Below, piece after piece: positions 27,060 to 34,391 of a stretch of DNA of 44,257 nucleotides. The stretch spans positions 1-44,257 of the IMG/VR virus record IMGVR_UViG_3300016484_000460. One strand, given 5' to 3'. The stretch is from a virus. Lineage: Duplodnaviria > Caudoviricetes. Positions within the stretch are counted from its first letter, which is position 1; each line of letters opens with the position of its first letter. Below the pieces are notes generated by a model. The model saw only the letters and a list, made by a program, of their open reading frames with translations. It ran no database searches and was not told the DNA's origin. Position numbers and translations under genes: made by a program.

Positions 27060-27919
27060 GCCCGCCTCTCCCACGGCTTGCCCGTGGCCGGATCGCAGCC
27101 CAGCGGCGCGCTGCTGAAGCTCGGCCACCGCGGATCAGCCGGCAGATCCTGCGCCTGCCAGCGCGCCGTGGGCCGGGCTGTCGCGTCGACCGTGCGGCGC
27201 GTGGCGGCGGTCTCGACTGCCTCGCCCTGCGGGCGCATGCGGCTGTCGTCGATCTTCGGCGGCGAGAGCGTGAGGTTGCTCTTCGCGTTCTCCGTGCTCG
27301 GCGTCCTGCGTCCGACCCGCAGGCCGACCGATGCCGCGGCCTTCTGCGCCTTGTCCTGTGCAGCCTGGGCCCTGGCCTGCTCGCGCTGGGCCTGCTGCGC
27401 CAGCTTGGCGGCGACCCGTTGCTCGGCGCGCTCCTTGCGCCCTTGCTCGCGCTGCTGGCGCGCCTGCTCGTCGGCCTGGGCCTGCTGGTCGGTCTCTGCC
27501 TGGCGGGCCTCGACATAGGCGGCAGCCTGGGCCGGCCGGGCAAAGAATCGGAACGCGTGCTCGCCTCGGCCCTTGGCCTTCGTGAGCCGGCGGGCCCGCG
27601 CCAGCCGGTCGCAGTGATAGGCCGCGGTCGCGTAGTGCACGCCCAGCAGATCCTGCACCTGGGCGACGGTGTCGCCCTCGGGCCGGTCAGCCAGCGTGAT
27701 GACCTGCATGGCCTGATCGCCCAGCGCCACGGGGAGGCTCTTCGGCGCCGGCGTCGGTGCAGGCCTGCGCACAGCATCCGTGTCCACGCTGGGGCCGCCC
27801 GGCCTCGTCGGCGTCAGTTGCTGGCCCATGTGCTGCGCCAGCTCGGCGACGGTGATGCCGTAGGCCTGCAGCGTGTAGGCCAACACGGACAGCAGCGCGG
27901 GGCGGGTGACGGTGGTCAT
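27056..27919 (-). CDS. Hypothetical protein with winged-HTH-like segment and coiled coil
   Basis: Start MTTVTRP; GDTVAQVQDLLGVHYATAAYHCDRL; ATGA coupling. Confidence 0.6.
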   Translation of the reverse strand: MTTVTRPALLSVLAYTLQAYGITVAELAQHMGQQLTPTRPGGPSVDTDAVRRPAPTPAPKSLPVALGDQAMQVITLADRPEGDTVAQVQDLLGVHYATAAYHCDRLARARRLTKAKGRGEHAFRFFARPAQAAAYVEARQAETDQQAQADEQARQQREQGRKERAEQRVAAKLAQQAQREQARAQAAQDKAQKAAASVGLRVGRRTPSTENAKSNLTLSPPKIDDSRMRPQGEAVETAATRRTVDATARPTARWQAQDLPADPRWPSFSSAPLGCDPATGKPWERRA

Positions 27920-28107
27920 GCCGCCCTCGCCTGCTTCGCCGCCACACAGCCCGCACACCTCCACCGCGGCCCCGGCTTGCCCTTGCCGCCGATGGGCAGG
28001 TGCCACTGATCGCAGCGCATGCAGTGCAGCCGCAGCGTCAGGCCCACGCCGGCCGGCTTGAATGCCACATCCTGCGGCGGGGTGCGGTTGTCGTTGCTGT
28101 AGGACAT
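27916..28107 (-). CDS. Small zinc-finger protein
   Basis: CMRC...CAGC; GGAG SD; 63 aa. Confidence 0.6.
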   Translation of the reverse strand: MSYSNDNRTPPQDVAFKPAGVGLTLRLHCMRCDQWHLPIGGKGKPGPRWRCAGCVAAKQARAA

Positions 28108-28290
28108 GGACGCTCCCGTAGCTTGTTGGGTGTAGGGGGTATCAGATTTGCCGTTGTGCCCGATCAGGCCTGATCGCACAGTCAGCGCATGCGCACCGCC
28201 GCCTCCCAAGAAAGACCCGCCGACCAGCGCATGCCAGCCGGCGGGAAAGCCCCTTGCAGGGGCCAGGGAGGAGACTCGGGTGCGCATGGA

Positions 28291-28530
28291 TCAGGCCGCG
28301 CCCGGCATCACCGGCGCGGGGTCGTTCGGTGCGCGATCCGGCAGCCAGGCCGACAGGTGCCAGACCTCGAAGGTCGTCAGCAGCAGGTCGTGCGCTCGCT
28401 CGGCGTGCAGCTCGCGGCTGAAGCCGTCCGGGGTGCGCCTGCGATTCATCGCGTCGCGGGTCAGCAGTTGCAGGCGCGCCTGGGCGAAGTGCAGGCGCTG
28501 CGTTGTCACGGTCAGGGGGCCGGGGCGCAT
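28291..28530 (-). CDS. Hypothetical protein
   Basis: 79 aa, starts immediately after cro stop. Confidence 0.5.
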   Translation of the reverse strand: MRPGPLTVTTQRLHFAQARLQLLTRDAMNRRRTPDGFSRELHAERAHDLLLTTFEVWHLSAWLPDRAPNDPAPVMPGAA

Positions 28531-28794
28531 TCAGGCGGCCTTCGCGGGCTCGGGGGCGGCGGGGACGGCGGGGGCGCCGTCCGGCGGCAGGTCCTGCGCG
28601 CCATTCACCGCCGCCAGGTGGGGCATGAACAGCCGCACCGTTTCGATGCCGGGATTGACGGTCTGCCCGTAGCGGATCTTCGTCAGGGTCGGCAGCGGCA
28701 CACCGGACAACTCGGCCAGCCGGCCAAGCTGAGCCAGCGGCAAGGCGGCAAGGCGCGCCTGAATGTCGCCGACCGAGGGGATGGATGTGTTCAT
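28531..28794 (-). CDS. cro: Cro-like HTH regulator
   Basis: LAELSGVPLPTLTKIRYGQTVNPGIETV XRE-type HTH; divergent from repressor. Confidence 0.85.
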   Translation of the reverse strand: MNTSIPSVGDIQARLAALPLAQLGRLAELSGVPLPTLTKIRYGQTVNPGIETVRLFMPHLAAVNGAQDLPPDGAPAVPAAPEPAKAA

Positions 28795-28801
28795 GCCCGA
28801 T

Positions 28802-28870
28802 AGCTTACCGGTTTCGGTAACTTCAAGTCAACCGCCTTCGGTAAGAGCTTCGGGTTACCGTATTCGGATG
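28802..28870. promoter_or_regulatory. OR/PR region: three operators TTACCG-N4-CGGTAA plus sigma70 promoter
   Basis: Operators at 28805-28820 (perfect), 28829-28844, 28855-28870; minus strand TTGACT(28826-31)-N18-TAAGCT(28802-07)-N7-ATG of cro. Confidence 0.85.
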
Positions 28871-29302
28871 GAGTCAGCCAGCAAAAAGACGGTGCGCGCC
28901 AACGTCCTTGCGTTCCTGGGTCGGCTCGGCCCGTTGCGCGAGCGCGAAAGCGGCGTGACGAAGCTCAAGAACCTGGGCGTTTCCCATGGCAACGCCCAGC
29001 GCACAGTCGATCAAGAGTCCGACATGCGGCTGGCGACCTTGGATCAGGTGGCTGCCGCCCTCAAGATGAAGCCGTGGCAACTGCTGGTGGAGACGTTCGA
29101 CCCCGCCAGCCCGCCCGTGCTAGCCGCCGGCAGCCAGCAGCCGGCGAAGCACAGCGCTCGTGCACTTGAGGTGGCAACGTTGTTCGATGCGTTGGCGCCG
29201 CGCCGGCAGCGGCTGCTCTACGCGCAGATTCAGGACATGCACAACCCGGACGCACCGGACGCAGATCAATTCAGCGAATCGCCAACTCAGCCTGTCTCGT
29301 AG
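28868..29302 (+). CDS. cI: CI-like repressor (XRE HTH, no S24 peptidase domain)
   Basis: Start MESASKK; GVSHGNAQR...DMRLATLDQVAAALKMKPWQLL; 144 aa. Confidence 0.75.
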   Translation: MESASKKTVRANVLAFLGRLGPLRERESGVTKLKNLGVSHGNAQRTVDQESDMRLATLDQVAAALKMKPWQLLVETFDPASPPVLAAGSQQPAKHSARALEVATLFDALAPRRQRLLYAQIQDMHNPDAPDADQFSESPTQPVS

Positions 29303-29672
29303 CCCAGGCCAGCGCCGGAGCCAGCTCGGGGAACAGGCGGCGCACGATTGCTCGCCCGGCCATTCGTGCGGCGTGGCCGCGGAACGGCCCGATCAGCGAG
29401 TCTGGAACGACCATGGCGGCCGGCATGGTCGGTGGCGAGTCTTCGGCCTCCCCCTCCAGCACCGCATCCAGCTCCGCGCCCGTCAGCGCGATGGTCGCCC
29501 GGGCGTAGTCGGCCACGTAGGCGCGGATGTCCGGCCCGTGCCGCGCCACGATTTCGCGCTTGAAGTGCTGCAACGCCTCACCCGTCAGCGGCCCAGCCAA
29601 GCGCACCACCAGCACCCCGCTCGGCAGCATCTCCAGCGCGACGGACGCGCTATGTCTCGTGATCCGTGTCAT
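29271..29672 (-). CDS. Hypothetical alpha/beta protein (STAS-like), convergent with cI
   Basis: VLVVRLAGPLT...AYVADY pattern; 32-nt 3' overlap with cI. Confidence 0.55.
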   Translation of the reverse strand: MTRITRHSASVALEMLPSGVLVVRLAGPLTGEALQHFKREIVARHGPDIRAYVADYARATIALTGAELDAVLEGEAEDSPPTMPAAMVVPDSLIGPFRGHAARMAGRAIVRRLFPELAPALAWATRQAELAIR

Positions 29673-29773
29673 CCCTGCGGCTCAGGAAGCCATTGTTCTG
29701 CGCGCAGGGTGTCACGTTTCTGCCAGATTCAGCCCCCCCCAAAATCGGGGCGCCCTGTAAGACCTGACAGGGG

Positions 29774-30517
29774 TCACCAGTCGCTGTCGCGCATCAGCGC
29801 CACGACCGCGCCGGCCACCACCCGGGCGCCGCTGGCGTTGAGGTGCAGGGCGTCGCTGAAGGCTCGCAGCGATGACGGCGTGACGCCGGCCGCTGCGTCG
29901 GCAACGTCCTGCGGGTTGCGCGGGTTGCCCCACGCGGCCAGGAGCGTCGGCGTGTCGATGTAGTGCGCTGGGTAGGCGGCGGCCAGGGCCGCATTGATTG
30001 CCAGCTTCCGCGCCCGGTCGGCGCCGCCAATGCGCTCGCCCGGCAGATCGGCCAGCACCAGGCCGAGCACGACAAACCGATCATGCGGCAGGCTGGCGAC
30101 CATCGCCGCAACGTCGGCCAGCACCACATCGGCGGGCCCGGTTGTGTTGTGGCCCGCCCAGATGGTGACGTTGCGCAGCTTGTCCGGGTAGGCCGCCAGC
30201 GCTGCGCCGATCTCGCCCGATGTCGTGCTGCCCACCCCTGCGTTGAGCACGTCGACCGCCAGCGCCGATTGCAGGGCCGGCGCCATCACGTAGGTCATCG
30301 AGTCGCCGAAGGCCGCGACCGGCCACCGCAGCGCCGCGCCTGACGGCAGCGCAGGCAGATCGGAGCGCGGGCCGGTCTCGGGCGGCGGGCCGGACGGCAC
30401 GACCGGGGCCGAGGCGGCTGGCGCAGGCGCCGCGGGCTGCTGCTGCGGGGAGTCACCCCCGCCGCCGCACGCGGCCAGGAGGAGAGACAGGGCGACGGCG
30501 GCGATGGCTGTTTTCAT
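29774..30517 (-). CDS. SGNH/GDSL hydrolase lipoprotein (moron)
   Basis: Lipobox LLAAC; Pro/Ala linker; FGDSMT, NAGVG, GHN, DALHLN blocks. Confidence 0.85.
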   Translation of the reverse strand: MKTAIAAVALSLLLAACGGGGDSPQQQPAAPAPAASAPVVPSGPPPETGPRSDLPALPSGAALRWPVAAFGDSMTYVMAPALQSALAVDVLNAGVGSTTSGEIGAALAAYPDKLRNVTIWAGHNTTGPADVVLADVAAMVASLPHDRFVVLGLVLADLPGERIGGADRARKLAINAALAAAYPAHYIDTPTLLAAWGNPRNPQDVADAAAGVTPSSLRAFSDALHLNASGARVVAGAVVALMRDSDW

Positions 30518-30625
30518 GGGCGCGGATCGTACTGGCGTGGCGCAAACAAGCGTCACCCCGGCTGACGACGCCGACGGCCGCGAGACCCCATGAACTAGGG
30601 GCGCCGATCCAGTGCCGCACATTTC

Positions 30626-30668
30626 TTACCGAAATCGGTTGACTGCAAATTACCGCATGCGGTAATCT
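30626..30668 (+). promoter_or_regulatory. OL/PL region: two operators plus sigma70 promoter
   Basis: TTACCGAAATCGGTTG (30626-41), TTACCGCATGCGGTAA (30650-65); TTGACT-N18-TAATCT. Confidence 0.85.
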
Positions 30669-30708
30669 TCTACCCATGCCGCACCCCGCGGCGCACCGGG
30701 AGAAGCCG

Positions 30709-30948
30709 ATGACCATCACCATCTACACCGCCGAGCAGCTGAAGGCCAAGGGCATCACGACCGCCGACGCCCGCAAGTACCTGAAGGGGTGCGAGTCGCG
30801 CTGCAACAGCTTTTCGCGCCAGTTCGTGCGCAACGGCTTCAAGTGCAGCGCCGGCTTCCAGAAGTCGTGGGATGCCGCAAACGCTGCCTGGGACCACGCC
30901 AAGGCGACGCTGAATGTGCTGCTGGCTGCTGACGCGGTCGCCGCCTGA
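30709..30948 (+). CDS. Hypothetical protein, first gene of early-left operon
   Basis: GGAG SD, MTITIYTAEQL... Confidence 0.65.
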   Translation: MTITIYTAEQLKAKGITTADARKYLKGCESRCNSFSRQFVRNGFKCSAGFQKSWDAANAAWDHAKATLNVLLAADAVAA

Positions 30949-30960
30949 AGGAGCGCGACC

Positions 30961-31377
30961 ATGGCCTACCTGTTCCGCACCCGCACCGATGGCCTCGGCC
31001 ATGCCCGCAACGCTCAGGCGATGGCAGCCGGCCGAGCTGCTTTCGAGACCGCGCCGGATCTGCCCGACGACGACACGCCCAGCGAGGAAGACGCCCGCGA
31101 GGAAGCCGAAGCGCTGACCCTGGCGACGCCCGACCTGATGGCGAACTGGCTGCAGTGCGAGTGCGCGGCCAGCAGCAAGCCGGTCGATGTGCGCAACGTC
31201 ACCGCCCTGCAGGTGCTGGAAGCCGACGTGCCGACCCTGCTGGCCGTGCTGCTGGCCGGCGACGACAAGCACACGGCGCGGGCGCTGCACCGGCTGCGCG
31301 AGCTGGCCCGCGAGGACGGCGACAACGTGTCGCTGGTGGCGGCGAAGGCTGGCGAGCTGATGCGGGGTGCAGCATGA
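30961..31377 (+). CDS. Hypothetical protein
   Basis: AGGAG SD; 138 aa; phage-like codon usage. Confidence 0.65.
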   Translation: MAYLFRTRTDGLGHARNAQAMAAGRAAFETAPDLPDDDTPSEEDAREEAEALTLATPDLMANWLQCECAASSKPVDVRNVTALQVLEADVPTLLAVLLAGDDKHTARALHRLRELAREDGDNVSLVAAKAGELMRGAA

Positions 31378-31757
31378 CCGCCGCCCACACTCCCGGGCCG
31401 TGGGCTATCAGCTACAGCGTTGACGGCATGACCGTTGACACGGCGAAGCCGGTGCGCTTCAACCTGACAACAGCGGGAACGGCAGTGATTGCGCGAGTCT
31501 GCGCGCACGAAGACGCAGAGCATTTCAGTGGCGAGGCAAACGCCCGCCTGATCGCCGCTGCGCCTGATCTGGCGCAAGCACTGGCCGACCTGATCGAAGC
31601 CGCCGACTCCATGGCCGGCACCTACGGCTGCATCCGTGGCGACACGCCGGAAGACTCCGACACCCACACGCATGACCAGTGGGCCGAGAGCTTTCTGAAG
31701 GAGTGTGCAGACGCCGCCCGCGCCGCCATCGCCAAGGCCACGGGAGAAGGCGCATGA
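31374..31757 (+). CDS. Hypothetical phage protein (HTPGPW...ANARLIAAAPDL family)
   Basis: Widespread phage motifs [28 protein letters not shown]. Confidence 0.8.
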   Translation: MTAAHTPGPWAISYSVDGMTVDTAKPVRFNLTTAGTAVIARVCAHEDAEHFSGEANARLIAAAPDLAQALADLIEAADSMAGTYGCIRGDTPEDSDTHTHDQWAESFLKECADAARAAIAKATGEGA

Positions 31758-31978
31758 CCTTCACCCCCGCCGAGATCGCCGCCGTGCGCCAGGTCATGCC
31801 CGGCGCCGACGACTGGACGATCAGCCGGCACCTGCAGCAGCGGGCCGCCATCGTCGCCCGCACCGGCCGCGCCCCGCGCTGGCTCGCCACGTACTGCAGC
31901 CAGTGCGGCGCCAGCCTGGGGCCGGGCGACGAGGGTGTCAGCGACTGCCGGCAGCACCTGCGGGGGTTGTCGTCATGA
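31754..31978 (+). CDS. Small protein with CSQCG motif
   Basis: MTFTPAEI...YCSQCG...C..H; ATGA coupling. Confidence 0.6.
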   Translation: MTFTPAEIAAVRQVMPGADDWTISRHLQQRAAIVARTGRAPRWLATYCSQCGASLGPGDEGVSDCRQHLRGLSS

Positions 31979-32133
31979 CCAGCCCCGAGTGGCAGCGCAT
32001 GCGCGCTGGCTTCGCCATCCAGGGCCCGCACCGCCGGCAATCGCGCCGCGTCGGCCGCTGGCTGCTGGCCTTCGTCATCGTCGGCGCAGCGATCCGCGCA
32101 GTCATCGGCGCCCTTGCTGGCGCCGGCCCCTGA
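31975..32133 (+). CDS. Small membrane protein
   Basis: 52 aa, C-terminal hydrophobic helix. Confidence 0.5.
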   Translation: MTSPEWQRMRAGFAIQGPHRRQSRRVGRWLLAFVIVGAAIRAVIGALAGAGP

Positions 32134-32142
32134 GGAGCCCCC

Positions 32143-33270
32143 ATGTTCCTGACCGCACAAGACCGCGCCATCCGCCCCGTGCTGGAGCCGGGCGCCATCG
32201 TCAGCGACGACGACTGCGAGCGCATGGCCTGCGCACCCGAGGGCGGGAAGCACGCCGAGCCCGTGCCGAGCGCCCAGAAGAAGCGCGACGTCAACGGCGC
32301 CCGCATCGGCTTTGTGCTGCTGCTGTTGAGCGCGACCACTGTCATCGGCGTCATCAGTGCCGCCGTCCTGGCGCGGCGGGCGAAGCCTTCCAGGGCGGGC
32401 CGGCACCCATTCACCACCAACCCCACCGAGGGAGACCCTGTGAACGCACCCGAACGCATCACCACCGCGGCACAGCCGCTGACCTTCATCCGCGCCAGCT
32501 CGCTGGCCGAGCTCTTCGACTGCCCGGCCCGCTGGGAGGCCAAGCACCTGCTGGGCATGCAGGGCCCGCGCAGCGGCGCCGCGCAGCTGGGCACCGCCGT
32601 GCACGCCGGCACGGCCGCTTTCGATGCATCGCGCCTGCCGGGCGGCAGCCCGATCACCGCTGACGATGCCGCCGGCGCCGTGGTCGACGCGATCCACAAG
32701 CCCGAGGAAGCGGTCGACTGGGAAGACGGCAGCCCGACCGAGGCTGAGCGCATTGCACTGGCGCTGCACACGAAGTACTGCGCCGACGTCGCGCCGCGCC
32801 AGAAGTACCGCGGCGTGGAGGTGACCTGCGAGAAGCTGGAGCTTCCCGAGCTCGGCATCGCGCTGACCGGCACCACCGACCGGGTGCGCGAGACGCCGGC
32901 CGGGCTGGGTATCAGCGACCTGAAGACCGGTGGCCGCGCCGTGGGAACCGATGGCCGCGCCGTCACGCAGGGCCACGCGGTGCAGCTGGGCGTGTACGAA
33001 CTGCTGGCCAGCCACGCGATGGGTCTGGAGATCACCGCGCCGGCGCAGATCGTCGGCATGAACACCGGCAAGACCGCTGCAGCTCAGCGCGTGGGCACCG
33101 GCGAGGTCGAGAACGCCCGCGCCGCGCTGGTGGGCACCGAAGAGGCGCCGGGCCTGCTGCAGCACGCCTCGCGGCTGATCCAGTCCGGCGCTTTCTACGG
33201 CAACAGCAAGTCCTTCTTGTGCTCGGCCAAGTACTGCCCGCGGCACCCCGTCTGCACCTTCAAGGCCTGA
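32143..33270 (+). CDS. PD-(D/E)XK exonuclease (RecE/Cas4-like), probable main start GTG 32440, in frame with upstream TM ORF
   Basis: IRASSL..LFDCP.RW, GTAVHA, LTGTTD, DLKTG, QLGVY, LCSAKYCP...C; GGAG SD before 32440. Confidence 0.85.
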   Translation: MFLTAQDRAIRPVLEPGAIVSDDDCERMACAPEGGKHAEPVPSAQKKRDVNGARIGFVLLLLSATTVIGVISAAVLARRAKPSRAGRHPFTTNPTEGDPVNAPERITTAAQPLTFIRASSLAELFDCPARWEAKHLLGMQGPRSGAAQLGTAVHAGTAAFDASRLPGGSPITADDAAGAVVDAIHKPEEAVDWEDGSPTEAERIALALHTKYCADVAPRQKYRGVEVTCEKLELPELGIALTGTTDRVRETPAGLGISDLKTGGRAVGTDGRAVTQGHAVQLGVYELLASHAMGLEITAPAQIVGMNTGKTAAAQRVGTGEVENARAALVGTEEAPGLLQHASRLIQSGAFYGNSKSFLCSAKYCPRHPVCTFKA

Positions 33271-33311
33271 CGGCCACCACCCCCCAACAGCCACCACCGA
33301 GGAGCCCACAC

Positions 33312-34385
33312 ATGGCCACCGCCAACATTGCCGAACTGCGCCAGCAGACCCCGCCCGCCCGCCCGCTGGCCGACATGAAGCCGCGCGAGCAGATCGCCTA
33401 TCTGCTGGACCAGAAGAAGGGCGAGCTGGCGAAGATGCTGCCCAAGACGCTGAGCATCGACCGCCTGCTGAAGGTGGCGCAGATCGCCGCCACCACCACG
33501 CCGGCCCTGGCCGAGTGCGACGTGCCATCGCTGGTGGGCGCTATCGGCCAGTGTGCGCAGATGGGCCTGGAGCCGAACACGGTGCTGGGCCACGCCTACC
33601 TGGTGCCGTTCAACGTCAAGCGCAAAGACGGCCGCGGCAACGAGCGCTGGGTGAAGTCGGTGCAGGTGGTGATCGGCTACAAGGGCCTGATCGACCTGGC
33701 GCGCCGCAGCGGCCAGATCGTGAGCATTGCCGCGCACGAGGTCTGCGAAGCCGATCACTTCGAGCTGATCTATGGCCTGGACGAGAAGCTGAACCACACG
33801 CCGGCCATGGGGGATCGCGGCGGCGTGATCGGCTTCTACGCGGTGGCCAAGCTGCAGGGCGGCGGCCACGCCTTCGAGTTCATGTCGCTGCACCAGGTGC
33901 GCGAGATCATGAAGGCCACGCAGTCCAAGGGCGGCTACGGCCCCTGGAAGGACCACTTCATCGAGATGGGCCGCAAGACGGTGATCCGTCGTCTGGCCAA
34001 GTACCTGCCACTGTCCATCGAGTTCCAGACCGCCGCGGCGCTGGACGGCATGGCCGAGGCCGGCAAGGACCAGGGCAACACCATCGACGGCACGTTCAAC
34101 TTCGTGCCCGACGATGCGCCGAGCGCCGAAGGCGGCCACGTCGACCAGGACACCGGCGAGATCCGCGGCCAGCTGAGCGACAACGCCAGCGTGTCGCTGC
34201 CGGAGCAGGCCCACCAGCACGCGCAGCGCGACGTCGGCGGCGAGTGGGAACCGAGCCCGCAGGAGCTGGAGGAGATCCGCCAGCGCGAACTGGCCGAGGC
34301 CGGCCAGGGCCAGGGCCAGGCCACCGCCGCCACGGCTGCCCCCACTGGCCGCCGCCCGCGCGCCGCTGCCCCGTCGATGGAGTGA
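33312..34385 (+). CDS. recT: RecT-family single-strand annealing recombinase
   Basis: GLEPN..LGHAYLVPF, IGYKGLIDLARRSG, PW..HF.EM.RKTVIRRL.KYLPLS. Confidence 0.95.
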   Translation: MATANIAELRQQTPPARPLADMKPREQIAYLLDQKKGELAKMLPKTLSIDRLLKVAQIAATTTPALAECDVPSLVGAIGQCAQMGLEPNTVLGHAYLVPFNVKRKDGRGNERWVKSVQVVIGYKGLIDLARRSGQIVSIAAHEVCEADHFELIYGLDEKLNHTPAMGDRGGVIGFYAVAKLQGGGHAFEFMSLHQVREIMKATQSKGGYGPWKDHFIEMGRKTVIRRLAKYLPLSIEFQTAAALDGMAEAGKDQGNTIDGTFNFVPDDAPSAEGGHVDQDTGEIRGQLSDNASVSLPEQAHQHAQRDVGGEWEPSPQELEEIRQRELAEAGQGQGQATAATAAPTGRRPRAAAPSME

Positions 34386-34391
34386 CAGGCC

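Noticed and set aside
29700-29773. Third copy of the recombinase repeat (GGTGTCA / TTCAGCCCC fragments)
   Set aside because: Only short partial matches, not the 14-bp sequence
32440-33270. Cas4 of a CRISPR system
   Set aside because: No cas operon or array; its position beside recT indicates a recombination exonuclease
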